Shown: one piece after another, positions 36,421 through 48,468 of the stretch
How positions within the stretch are numbered: position 1 is the stretch's first letter
Layout of the letters: each line of letters opens with the position of its first letter
Origin: Klebsormidium nitens
Taxonomy: Eukaryota; Plantae; Klebsormidiophyceae
Assembly: GCA_000708835.1 (NCBI GenBank)
Contig: DF237094.1
Coordinates: 109,045-173,044, forward strand
Reading direction: 5' to 3'
DNA: 64,000 bases
Notes under the pieces: model-generated
What the model saw: the letters and a program-made list of their open reading frames with translations, nothing else
Databases searched by the model: none
What the model was told of the DNA's origin: nothing
Program-made: the position numbers and the translations under genes

Positions 36421-37840
36421 GTATTGATATTACGAGCATCGTTCGTGCAACCTCGATTCAGGCGTGCTAAGTTCCCCGCTGAGGTTGATCGTGCAGCTAG
36501 GCTTCTTTCAGCTCTCAAAGGGCTCATGATGCTCTCATGGTTCCAGGCAAACAAGCGATTGCAATCTGATGGGACTGAATGAACGTAGTTCAGTTGGATC
36601 AATTCAAATATAGCTCATCTCGATGAGTTCACCGATTAATGGTGTCGATTATTGAAACCGGACACTGAGAGGCGAGAGCTGGACGGCGGCTCATACGTGG
36701 CAGTAAATTGATCGGTGGCACATGATCCGCAGACCGGGATTTGGGCTGTTCAAAGATCGAACACCTAACGTGTGCATGCAAGGATGAGATACCGGCCCTG
36801 ACTCGAGCAGTTTCTTATTCAATGTGGCCGTGATTGGATAACACTCATGCAAACTAGCCTCAGTAAGGCTGCATTTGTAAAGCTGCCCGCCCGCGTCGAC
36901 ACTTTGCGACCGGTCGAAGACTCGGAGCCTAAACAGATTTCCAGATCGTGAATAGCTAGGGCAGCCGCACCGCGGGCCGGCTCCGTCCTGTCAATCACTA
37001 GATTGCCCTTGCACGTACTGCCATATACATAGCATCTTCGTTTTCTCAATGGGCAGATTGGATGGAGTATATTTGAAAACGGTCGGATGGAACAACTCAG
37101 GGCGACCCCTTTCCAGCTGACCACCAGATGCATGGCCGGGCCTACTCATTATAACTTCGAAATCGATCTAGTAAACTCAAATCCAATCAACTTCGAGTGA
37201 CGTGATTAGGGCGGTACAGTATCTGAGCCGTCGTAGGTCTCGCATTAGCCCGTCAACACCAATCAGATCTGAAGATCCGCGTCAGAATGTTCAACGCGTC
37301 AATGCATCTGCTTTCTCTGGCCTATTCCTTCTGCAAACTATCGTTTGAGTAGCGCAAATTTTCCGCTACCTCTCGTTTAATGTCAAACGACGGAAGCTAC
37401 CCAACTTTACCGATTTTTCCGTCTTCTTTGAGCGTGCCAGGCTTGAAAAAAGCGTAACACTGGCCCGGGCTCATAAGTTATGCTATCAAATCACCACCCG
37501 TACAGTCTCGCAATCATCGCCCGTGCAGTCTGTACAACCCATCACGACAAGTCCTAGGTACACCAAAATCGCGGGCCCCTGGCAATATGCCTTCGCGCCC
37601 GACCAGAGACAATTATGCACACGTGAACAACCTACCCAAGCTAACGCGAACAACCTACCCAAGCTTACACTTCCACTTGATAGTGCATCTACGTCCTCCG
37701 CCCAGAATTCTTTCCAACTCCGCAACACGTGCTTACATACAATGCAGCGATTTCCCACCAACGAAACACGTTTTCAGCGCGCCCCGCTCTTATTGCATCT
37801 GCGGCCCACCGCCCACCAATTTATTCACACCGCTCTGACG

Positions 37841-40800
37841 TCACGCTGACTGCAGCGTGAACGCGCGCACGTAATCGACGACGAACGCGTTCTTGTCGGG
37901 GTCCTTGAGATCCGCGACGGCGGGGAGTCCCTCCGAGCTGGACACACGCAGATCGCCACATTTTCAATAAATTCAAAGGAAGATATCAGTAAGCCAGGAT
38001 AATAATAAGCTCCGACCAACATTGAAAATCCTAACCCAAAAATGTACCTGCTCCGCACCCATACCCACCCTGACCACCAAACTAACCCTACCCGTCCCAG
38101 TGCGGTTACCTTATCTCGGCTTGTTATCTTTCTTGAGTTCAATACATTTTCAGAATGGCAAAACACGCGCGAAGTGAACTTCAGATCGATTGGTCTGTCA
38201 CTCAGGGAGGCAGTCTGCAGTGTTTACGCTCGGCTGGATCGGAGCAACCAAAACCCGGTGTCCAAGGCCACCGAAGAGCGATCGGACGGCTCAGAAGCTC
38301 TGAAAGGGGTGTTACCACCCCTTTCGACGGTGCCGGACTTCGAAGGGCCTGTCTCGAATGCGGCGGTCTACCTGAAAACCTCGGTGTCGAGGAAAAGGTA
38401 CGACTGCTCGGAGAAGGGCCCCGGGGGAGTGGTTTGCCACGCCAGCTGTCCGTCGAAGTAGAAGAGCAGCGTGTTGGCGTCCTTCCACCAGACGCCGTAC
38501 GTGTGGAAGTCGCCGGACGTGAGCGTTCCGGCCGGAAGGCGGTAGTTGTATGGGAGGGCGAAGTCCGGCGTGCTCGGGGAGATGTTGTCCGGGTACTGTG
38601 AGGTAAAAGAGAACGGAAAGAGTCGGTGACTTTCTTTTCTTTTGCTGGCGACAAAAGATTTGCGAATCAGAGCACGTTGAGTGGAGCTTACAAGGACCCA
38701 GAATTCGTTTCAATCGAAAAGGCTGCGGATCCGATCATGCCAGCGTGGCAGGTCAACCCTGAGTACCGTCGTTTCAGACTTTGATACGATTTTCAAACGG
38801 GGTAACCGGTGCTAAGCTCGCAGAGTTGAGTCTTAAGACTTTTCCGGTCAACGGAAGTCCTTTAGCGGAAGGAAAATCTGAAGCATACGACATCGGATCA
38901 GAATACATGACGTGTCTTTCGGAGACAAAGTCGTATTTTCGAGAGACAAACGAAGGGTGCCAGAATGGAAATGATAGCAAAGGGACGAGTGCCTTGAAGA
39001 CAAACGGCGGGTCGATTGGCGCGGCATATCCAACTCAACTTGCCCCAATCAAGCATCTGGCCGTCTCTTTCGTTTCCGGACACAAGCAATGGAAAGGATG
39101 TGCGCTCGGAATGCGACGAAAGAAAACGAAGCGCTGAGGGGAAGATTTGTTGCGCTACTCAGACGTAGCACGTTTCGAACTCAGTTTTCAGAAACAGTTC
39201 TACAAGAACTTCCAGGTCTTCCAATGAGGTGTTCCGATTGTCAAGGCCGTCAGCTCAGAACCTCATAGAAGGAAATCAATCCGATATTCAACGGCTTAAA
39301 GCACTCAAAAACGAGGGAGAGCCCGGCGCGCTCACGTAGTGTGTGTTGATGTTCATGTAGCGGCTGCGGTAGTTGCTCGCGACGCCCACCGTTTCGATGA
39401 CGTCAATCTCCGTCCGCTGCGACTGGAACCAGAACGATGACGTCATCTGCATGTTGGACGCCTTGAAGCGGCACTCGTAGTACCCATACCCCGCGATCGC
39501 CGCGTTGGACGAGATAACCGCGGAGCTAACCCAGGGGTCGTTGTACGGGTCGTTAACCTGGTCAACGCTGCTAACCGTGGTGGTTGACGTCAACCTGGCG
39601 ACACCCCCCCCCACGGCGACGTTCGCCGGGTCGAACTGACTGGGCAGGCGGCCCGACCAGTACGGGTGGGTCGCCCGCCACTTGCTGGTGTCAAGTTCGT
39701 CGCCGTTAAACTCGTCGGTTAGCGCCGGGTTAACGACCCAGCGATAACCCGACGGCGCGGCGGGGAGGTTGGTACCGGAGGGGATAGCCGATGCAGTTAG
39801 TGGAGGAGGAGTGGCCGGGGCAGTGGTCGGGGAAGGGGTGGCCGGCGGTTTTGTTGGAGAAGGAGTGGTTGGGGGGTCCGTCGGGGAAGAGGGTGACCGG
39901 CGGACTGGTCGGGCTAAGGGGTGGCTGGGGGGGGGGGGGTCGGGGCAGGAGTGGTCGGGAAATTGGTTGGGGAAGGAGTGGCCGGGGCATCCGTCGGGGA
40001 GGGAGCGGCCGGAGGATTGGTCGGAGAAGGTGTGGCCGGGGCAGAAGTCGGAGAAGGCGTGGCCGGGGAATCCGTTGGGGAGGGAGTGACCGGCGGGTCG
40101 GTCGAGGGAATGGTCGGAGAAGGAGTGTCTGGAGGGTTTGTTGGGGCAGGCGTGGCGGGGGCAGTAGTCGGAGAAGGAGTGACCGGGGCATCGGTCGGCG
40201 AAGGAGTGACCGGGCGAAGGGTTGGGGATGATGTGATAGAAGCGGGCGCCGCGAGCGCGGCCGCGGGGCCGCCCGCGCAGCTCGCGAACGGCGCCGCGTT
40301 GGGCCCGCACGTCCCGGGGCAACACGCCATGTTCTGGCCGTCGAGGTTGTAGCACGGGTTTGGCGCCTGGGGGGGACACGTGCCGGTCGAAGAAGAAGAA
40401 CCGGTAGGAGGAGGAGGAGACCCGCTAGCAGGAGAAGGAGACCCGGTCGGCGAAGAAACGGTCGGTGCAGGGGTGACGTCAGTGTCGCCCGCACACGTGG
40501 CGAGCGCGCCCCCGTTCGGGCCGCACCCCCCCGCGCAACACGCCATGCTCTGGCCGTTGAAGTTGTAGCACGGGTTGGGCGCGCCGGGGGGACACGTGGC
40601 GCCCGCCGGCACGGCGACCTTCCCGGCGGCCAGCTTGGGGACGGTGGCGTTGGCCACGTGGCAGGTGGCGATTGGGTCGTTGTCGGCGCCGCACGCGCTG
40701 GAGCAGCAGGTCATTTGGTCGCCGATGGCGTTGTAGCAGGTGCGGGTGTTGAGGGGGCAACGTTGGGGAGCCACGTGGGTGACGTTGTTGAAGGGGGGAA

Positions 40801-43789
40801 CTGCATGAGGGACGTATTGCGAGGTTGACTTGTTGAGAGTTTTGAAAGAAGTGGAAGCTACGGAAGTGTCGAGATAAAAGCGGGCTGAAAACTTCAACGG
40901 ATGCGTGCCGAAAGGCAAATGAATCTGGAGGAAGCTTTGAATGCATATCACGATCCACGCGCGCACTTTTAATTCGGCCGGGATCCTCGTGGCAGAAAGA
41001 ATGAGCACTCTCGCGATCCTTCCATGAAAGCAGAAAATAAAGTCGGCTATTTCCAAAACAGTGAGAGAATGCTCATGCTCAAAAGATGGGCTCATTTCCG
41101 CTTGCAACGCTGCCGCCCAGATGGGAATCCGAACACTGCGGAGTTCGAATCGAGTACGAGTTCTATTAGCGTACCTGGAAACACATCATAACTCGACAAC
41201 GTTCACCAGACATGCATTCTTGGGCCAGTTGCGGATCAAAAGCGCTCCTTTCCATGCATTCTTGGACTTTGAAAAGCGAACAGATGCTAAGACTGATTGC
41301 TTACCAACGTAGTCAACGTGACCGATGTGCCTGGCATCGATCGTCTGGTTGTCGTTCGCTGCACACGAAAGAGCGTGTCAGATAATGCTACGGCGATGAG
41401 GAGACCAAATCGGAAATCAAGCTGGTTGATTTCGAGACAAAGGATGCCGTACATTTTTACCTACTGATGAGAGAGATGAGCAGGGAAACTCCTTGGCGTG
41501 AGGAAGGCAGCGCGGAAGAAGCACGGTGAGGTCTTAGAAGACCTTGCAATGGAGACAGAGGCCTCGAACAAACAGCTTATGAACCTCGAGTCTGGATCCC
41601 CAAACACTATTCTCCTCGGGCATGATCACTGGATGAGTACTAAGTGCATGCGTTATGAAGACGCAAAGCGACACTTGGCGGAGGGAACATATTGCGAGGA
41701 ATGAAGGTAAGCTAGGGGGCATGAAGGGCGCCAGAAAGGGAGGAGGACAGAAGGAATCCGCATGGGGGATTCCTTAAGGCAGGTTTGGCAGTTACTGAAT
41801 GGTGGAATACCAGGAGCTGAGTAGGAAGTAAGGAGAGGCGTCGGAAGAAGGCAGTGGTGATGAGGCAATGGACAAGTGAAAGTAGGAGACGAACGAACGG
41901 AAACCAAAGGCGGGTTGGAAGCCAGAAGAATGAAATGGAAAAGAAAGGCAATAGACTAAGGACTGTGATAAGGCTAACACAAGGCCCTTTGCCCGATCGC
42001 CCATTGAACTTTGAGATGCAGGGGTGAAAGTTAGGGAGTAGTGGTGACTTTAGATTGTGTTCTCCCGACCCTCTCCGAAGGCCTCACCCCCCCTCTCAGC
42101 TTGTGGAAAAGCGCTCAAAGCCTGTCGACTCAAAAAGTACGAGACTAACTCAGAAGAGGGTGGGATCTGCCTTGTCCCGCACTAGAATTGAAGCCGGGGC
42201 TTGCACATGGGTCAAACATCTGAAGGCCCCCTCCCTTCCCCAGTTTAGGGCAACGCAGCCAGTCCCATGCAGCCCCCCGACTCGCTATCAAAACCCAATC
42301 CTCTGCTACGTCAAAGTGACCGTTTTATGAAAGGTTTGAAAATGGAACTTACTTTCTCCTCAGCATAGTTCCAGACAGTCACTCCATGAGACTGGCAATC
42401 AGCGCAAGCTGACTCTAAGGGGACTGCCACAAAAAGGACCCAGAATCCAGCAGACATAAAGTACCGTCTGAAGTTCTAAGCAATCCTTTGAAGCTTTTGA
42501 GTGACACATGCAGACCAGGATGATTTAGACCCTACGGATCCAATCTAAGAACTTAGGAACCAAAAGTGTTGACAAAAGGTTGGCTGCCAGCAACCGAGTC
42601 AGTGAGCGGTTTGTCTGGGACAGACATGGTTCAACAAATCACTGAAAACTGCAAGGTTTGCCTCCAAGTGTATGAAAAGGCTGAGAGGTCCTCAACCCAC
42701 CAGGAGAGATGGTGACATTGTCAAGGTACACTCTACTCGTTTTTCCAGCAGTGAAGAAGGCAACGGCCAGCGTTTCGTTATCCGCAGTCGCCACAAAGGG
42801 TCCGGTGCGCATGCGTGAGCCAGGCACCACTGCCGTGATGACAGCTGTCGCGTCTACAGCGATCGCCAAGTTGGCGGAGGCGCCTGCGCTGGCAGTCATC
42901 CGCAGCGAAAGGATGTACGTGCTGCCTGTAGCATGGATGACTTGATCTGATTTCCCGCCCAATCTAGATGTTGTTGTAATCAATCAGCAACTGGATAGAT
43001 ATTGAGGTGATTTGTACAGTCTCAACTGGTTTTATCCAGATCCTGCCTTGGTGGTACTATACTGCATCCTGTCAACTCTGCTAGGAATCTGAAAAAGGGG
43101 TTTGGCTTTTAATGTAACTGGATGTACAAGCCACAGAAGATTGATGTAAGCTAAAAGCTTCCAAGTGCAGCTAGGCATTTGTCTGCTAGGAATTACTGGT
43201 GATTCATTCTAAGAGCTGATGTTGTGCCAGATCCAATGTGGTACAATGCTGATCATGAGATTAACTTTGCATGAGAACAAGGACCTTACTACAGCGCGCT
43301 TTCACCCGGCTTTCTGAAGAAGCCCATACTCCTCTAGCTAAGAATCTGAAGGAATGCAATCCGCCCCGTGCATTGATCAGCTCAATCCAGATCAGATCTG
43401 CGCCCATTGGGTGCCACGCACAATGTCCCAGACTCTACAATGCAGCATCTGCCGCGCACCCCAACCTTCCAAGGTTCAGACTTTGATGATCTGTCTAAGC
43501 TGAACATCCTTACATTCAACCCCGTGAACTCACCTGGAATCAGCCCAGTGACATTCTGCCTCAGGATGACGCCATCCTTGTGCACAGTCACTTGCACGCC
43601 ATCTGGGGCGAGGCGCGCGGAACCTGGGGCGGGGCTTAGGCTCTTCCCGGGAAATGCTGTCCAGTTACCGGTGAGAAGAGCCACCGGGGAGCTTGTTGTA
43701 GAGCTGCCAATGACGAACTGCATTTGGATCAGCGCTAGGGTGGTGGCGAGCAAAGGCAGCAGGGGGGCTGAGCTGGGCGCCAAAGCCAT
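37841..43789 (-). CDS. Secreted modular glycoside hydrolase: signal peptide, CBM-like beta-sandwich, three 6-Cys repeats, Pro/Thr stalk, GH16 domain (beta-porphyranase/agarase type). Exons 43789-43534, 42925-42701, 40800-39336 (frameshift at G13, 39927-39939), 38595-38372, 37937-37841
   Basis: All four introns are GT-AG and in phase. GH16 motifs: W..NPALTDEFNGDELDTSKW...HPYWSGRLPSQF..NV; YGYYECRFKAS; catalytic EIDVIE (39410-39393); DFHTYGVWWKDANTLLFYFDG; DLKDPDKNAFVVDYVRAF. Signal-like MALAPSSAPLLPLLATTLALI. GLIPGSTYILSLRM..VYLDNVTI is typical of galactose-binding-like domains. Confidence 0.85.
39790..40245 (-). repeat. Coding minisatellite (xPATPSPT-type Pro/Thr repeats) forming the GH16 stalk
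   Basis: Repeated TPSPT units (plus strand ggtcggggaaggggtggccgg variants), more than 10 copies. Confidence 0.9.
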
Positions 43790-46779
43790 ATTGGGATTTG
43801 CTCCAATTCGGTTTCTGAGAAGTGGAAGGTGTCGTAAGATCACGACCTGAGGGAAGGGTGGAGCTAGAGAAGGGTGATCTGCAGATATTTGGATCCAGAA
43901 ACGCGAAAACTTAGAAGCCCACAAGTCCTCAAATCCACTAATCACATCAATCAAATCAAATTCTGCAGTTGCAGGCCCTAGCGATGCTTGGCTTAAACTG
44001 ATGCCAAGGCCGGCCGATCGCTAGGGCCTCATTGGCACAGTCTTACAGCCACAGTTGCAGCCGCGTTGAGCCTGACGTCCGCATGTCCGCAGGTGACACA
44101 GAGCGACCCCCATCGGCGCAGCGCAATGCATCAGAAGGCTGTCTCCTTCTCTCCACATAGATGATCGCCCAATGACTTCTGCGCATATGATGGAATGAGG
44201 TTCGATCGAAGCGCGCGGGTATGAAGAAAGACCGAGGAGCTGCCTTTTTCGAGGAGTCCCTCTGCCTTCCTTCCTGCTGGCAACGACGCTCGATCATCCT
44301 TCTGTAGGTCCTAGCACTGGCAGCGGCTGCAGTGCGAAGGGAGGCCATGAATCTTCATGAAAGGCTTGAAGCTTAGCTACCAGCCTACCAGTACGGCTCC
44401 GCTGTACTTATACGGTAGCTCGCGACGATCGGACCGGCCGTATGCTCGATGGAAAATCCCAGTGCCCGGTACAAGCCGGGGCGAGCTGCTGAAGGCTGCG
44501 TTCCTACGCCGCTGAAAGGATCAGTTGGCTTATTGCAGTTAATGCGATGTGGTATGGACCATTGTACCGGTAATATGTACTTTGGAGTCTGGACTTTCAG
44601 CTAGGTGGCAATATTCAAGGCATGGGCATTTGAGCACGCTGCTGGAAATTCGGTATACAGCTGGCGCGACGTTTTGCGATGTGACCGTCGGAATTTCCGA
44701 GCTTCCAGTTGAGCGACGGCCCGGTTCGCTTCCGAGAAAAACAAGGCTGAAATAATGGCGCTGATACGGGGATCATCCAAAGTTAGTGTCATATGATTTT
44801 GTCGTCAACAATTATTTGCAACGACAACTGGTATTTGGCATCAATTGTCCGCTTTCTCAGGCTGAGACCAAGTGCTCGAGCCTCGAGCATCGATGATCGC
44901 AGCCAAATCGGCGAGCATGGCCCCAGTCCGGCCGGTCGGTCAAACCGAACGGTGTTCCGCCCACGAAACCGTACAATCATAGCTGGTCAAAAGTGTCGGC
45001 CTAAACAAATCCGTACAATCATGATCGCAAGTCTCCGGAACAATGATAAGTTATGACCAGCCGCGAGGAACTCGTCATGCGAGAATCGAGAATCGAGATG
45101 CATTGCGCACTGCAGTACCGGCCTGAACAGTGAGCGGTCTCAAAGCCCAGTTTGACATGCTTTAAGATGTGACTAATAGTGGTCACTAGAGAGATATCCG
45201 ACACAGCGTGACGTGATCATTACGCGTGTAGGTTGGGCAACAGTGTGGACTCTGGATCAGTCTGAGGGGACCCGCGTTATAGCCGATCGAGGACACCTTA
45301 TTTGATTGCGTCAAATGCTCATGGCATCATGGCATGCCTTTCACCAAACATTAATCGTCGTTTACAAACACCCATTAGAATCGTCCGACCAACTAAAGCG
45401 GCCGAGCGAATTTATTGGAAACGTTCCTCTTCATGCTGTTCAATCTTACATGCTTCCCTTACTTGTTTAGTACGCGGCTCAGTGCGCTGTGCATTCGCAG
45501 TAGTAAGCATGCACAAATGGGTTTGCATGAAAAAGTCGACTACATCAGCGGCTGCGTGATTCACATGGCCAAACGGCCTCCAAATCTTAGGCACCTGAGA
45601 CAATCGGAACGCCCTAAACGGGTGACAAGTGGATGCAAGATTGTCGCTAGAGACGAACAACAGAGGCGGCCAGCAAATCGCGTTGGCTTGATGTCCAAAT
45701 GTTAGAGCGAATGTGAAACCATTGGCCAGCGTCCACGGCAACCGCCGGTTCGTTTCGAGCTTGTGCGATCCTTCTTTCCTTCTATTTCTAGCAATGAAAC
45801 CTTACGAAATCGGCACTTGGCAGGTTTTGAAGCAGTCTTTTGAGACCAACACAGATATTGGAACAATTGCACCTAGAAACCTTAGTAAACGAGATAGAAT
45901 TTCGCGAAACCTTTCAGAAACTCTAGAGCCGCCTCGATTGTCACCGCCCTTGCTGCTCGGGAAAGCGGTCGTATCCACTGGCGATCGTGATCAACCAGCG
46001 CTCGCGAGCACCGCAACGCTCGTAAACGCCGGAACACCGAGCAGCAAGGCCAGTGAAACTTAGAGACGCTCTCTCACTGACTTTCAAATCTCGTCACAAG
46101 CCCTTATGACCTCTATCGCCAACTCGTAAACTCGGACCGCTTCGCTCTTTACCTGCGCGAACTGGTCAGTCTCAGTTACTGGGATGCTTGCTCCGACGGG
46201 ATACTTGTGTCTCGGCGACATTGTGGCTGGTGACCCCGCCCGAAGGGTCGCCAGATTAACGAGCCGCCGGGCGGCACAACTCTGGAAGCTTCGCATGACG
46301 GAGGATTCGGGTGATCCTCTGCCGTCCCCGTCGACCTGGTACAAAACGAGCAACCGTATTTGCACCATATGTTTTGACCGTCACCAGCTTAAATTGTTGA
46401 ATTTCCCCACTTACGTTCCACGTCACCGCATGTTGGCAAAAGCGTCATGGTCACAGAATACTGTACCACGAACAAGAAAGCACTTCACAAACCTTTTCAG
46501 CAGATGAAGCAAACTCCTGACTCAGTCTGGTGGTAAGAGATCAGGAGGGCTCAACCCCGCTAAGTCATGCGAGAAGTCCCAGAAATAAGCTGGCCACAAG
46601 ACCCGGCAAACTCTCAAGCCACTGGAGGTAACCAAACGCCTTAGGATGACGGGGAGCAACTCTCCGACCGACTGCGCTGCTTCCGAATGTTTTCCATGAG
46701 CTCTCTTGACCAGAAATGCCGGTCTCTGTTTCTCGCTACAGATGCTTTACAGCGACCGAGGTGCACCCCCGACCAAAGT

Positions 46780-46898
46780 CGCTCCTTTCCACAGCGTTAT
46801 AGAAGCTGCTCTTGACCAAAAACCAGTATCTCAAGTCACGCGCTCTTTTTCCAGAGCGTTATAAAAGCTGCTCTTGACCAAGAACCAGTATCTCAAGT
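46780..46898. repeat. 62-bp period direct repeat, 2 copies plus a decayed partial near 46700
   Basis: agcgttata(g/a)aagctgctcttgaccaa(a/g)aaccagtatctcaagt occurs twice. Confidence 0.9.
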
Positions 46899-47115
46899 AG
46901 TGCTACAGTACTTACAGCAAAGTCTATCGCGCTGCTTCCTAGAGCGACAAGTGAGCTGTGCTGGGAATCAAAAGGGACGGCAAGGGACGTGAAGGAGCGG
47001 AGTCTAAGATGCTCACCCTGCGATTCGTCCGTTTGCTGACGGCCAAAGCGTACCGCTGCCAAGGGAAGACGCCGGCCCGTCCGGAACATGCAACGGAACT
47101 TGCAGCAGAACACCC

Positions 47116-47278
47116 ACGGAAAGGGGACGGACGCGGACGGAACATGCACGGATCGTGGACGGTACACGGACGGAACGGGGATGGACGGGGACGGAACGGG
47201 GACGGAACGCGCACGGAACGCGGACGGAACGGGGACGGAACGAGGACGGAACGGGGGCGGTATGGCCCGGACAGAACA
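47116..47278. repeat. 11-bp minisatellite, consensus GNGGACGGAAC
   Basis: ggggacggaac ggggacggaac gcgcacggaac gcggacggaac ggggacggaac gaggacggaac, with decayed units upstream. Confidence 0.9.
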
Positions 47279-47601
47279 TAAATGGCCGAATAAAATGGCC
47301 GGAAATGTGATCTGTAATCTGTGATAGCTAAGAATGATTTTGTGCAAGAGAAATTCGGAGACGTTAAAAGCTGAACTTTAAGACAGAGTGGTCAAGGCAC
47401 CCAGGCCTCTTGTGAATCTCGCAAGAAAGGGGTGTTCCGCTTGAACAGTTCATCCCACCTACGGTCGAATCGTCGAAGGCCACAACTGAAGTGCTTTCAA
47501 ATATCTGGCGAGTGTTGGAAGGTGGCAAGAATTGAATGAGAGGCCTTATTGGGCTGATAACAGTCCAGAAAATGTCAGCAACTTAGGAGAAAGCTGTAGA
47601 C

Positions 47602-47734
47602 GCGCCTCAAATGTCGCCGCCCTTGCTGCTTCGGGGAACGGTCGGAACCGCCCAAGCTCGGAAGCGCAAACGGTCGGAACCGCCAAAGGACCCCCGTTGA
47701 GTTCAAGCAGCAAGGGCGGCGACATTTGAGGCGC
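47602..47734. repeat. 133-bp hairpin element: perfect 30-bp inverted repeats around a 73-bp spacer (mini-MITE candidate)
   Basis: gcgcctcaaatgtcgccgcccttgctgctt (47602-47631) is the exact reverse complement of 47705-47734. The spacer contains aacggtcggaaccgcc twice. Confidence 0.9.
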
Positions 47735-48193
47735 TCCTCCACTCACCTGGTCGCCTTTGCGGGCTTCGTGTCCATCCGTTGCATAAGGTGACAAGTCAGC
47801 GTCCGATTGCTCTAATCGTTTGGCTCTTCACTCCGGCCTACCAAACGTCGGAATCTTGCTCGCAGAAAGTCGACGTCTTGGCGACACTTGGACTGGGGCT
47901 TCCGCTCGCATGTCGCCCGGACTCGCGGAATGCCAAACAGAGGCGGCTCTTGCGGCCGCAAAAACGCAGACTTCTGGCGCTCCCTTGCCGTTGGTATCAG
48001 CCTGAAAATGAGATGAGCACCTCAGTATCCGGGCTTTCAGCAGCGAGTCAAGCACCCCCTTACCTGAGTTTACTTCTATTGCACGCGAGTTTCTGTGACA
48101 GGAGCAACTTCTCCAGTTAGCGAAACAGGGACTGCTATCCTCCTCAGGAATCGCAAAGCATTCCCTCTTAAAGCCCTGCCCGCCAGAGCCAGT

Positions 48194-48468
48194 NNNNNNN
48201 NNNNNNNNNNNNNNNNNNNNNNNNNNNNNNNNNNNNNNNNNNNNNNNNNNNNNNNNNNNNNNNNNNNNNNNNNNNNNNNNNNNNNNNNNNNNNNNNNNNN
48301 NNNNNNNNNNNNNNNNNNNNNNNNNNNNNNNNNNNNNNNNNNNNNNNNNNNNNNNNNNNNNNNNNNNNNNNNNNNNNNNNNNNNNNNNNNNNNNNNNNNN
48401 NNNNNNNNNNNNNNNNNNNNNNNNNNNNNNNNNNNNNNNNNNNNNNNNNNNNNNNNNNNNNNNNNNNN
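48194..48468. other. Assembly gap (275 N)
   Basis: Run of N; both flanks carry gcccgccagagc. Confidence 0.99.

Noticed and set aside
39730-40494. Several overlapping long ORFs (39730-40494, 39769-40089, 39791-40231, 39921-40352)
   Set aside because: Alternative-frame and antisense shadows of the GC-rich Pro/Thr coding repeat.
41140-41165. gttcgaatc T-loop-like motif
   Set aside because: No cloverleaf stems around it; not a tRNA.
41400-42500. Purine-skewed intronic block suspected to be a retroelement fragment
   Set aside because: No RT, integrase, gag motif or terminal repeat could be identified.
46150-46340. Exon-like minus-strand segment with acceptor and gtaaag donor
   Set aside because: No partner exons or motif could be established.
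46780-46898. Repeat-spacer-like pattern considered as CRISPR
   Set aside because: Only two ~57-bp copies with a ~5-bp gap, eukaryotic context and no cas genes; an ordinary tandem duplication.
46859-47347. ORFs rich in RP/SV or GR/TE repeats
   Set aside because: Translations of the 11-bp minisatellite.
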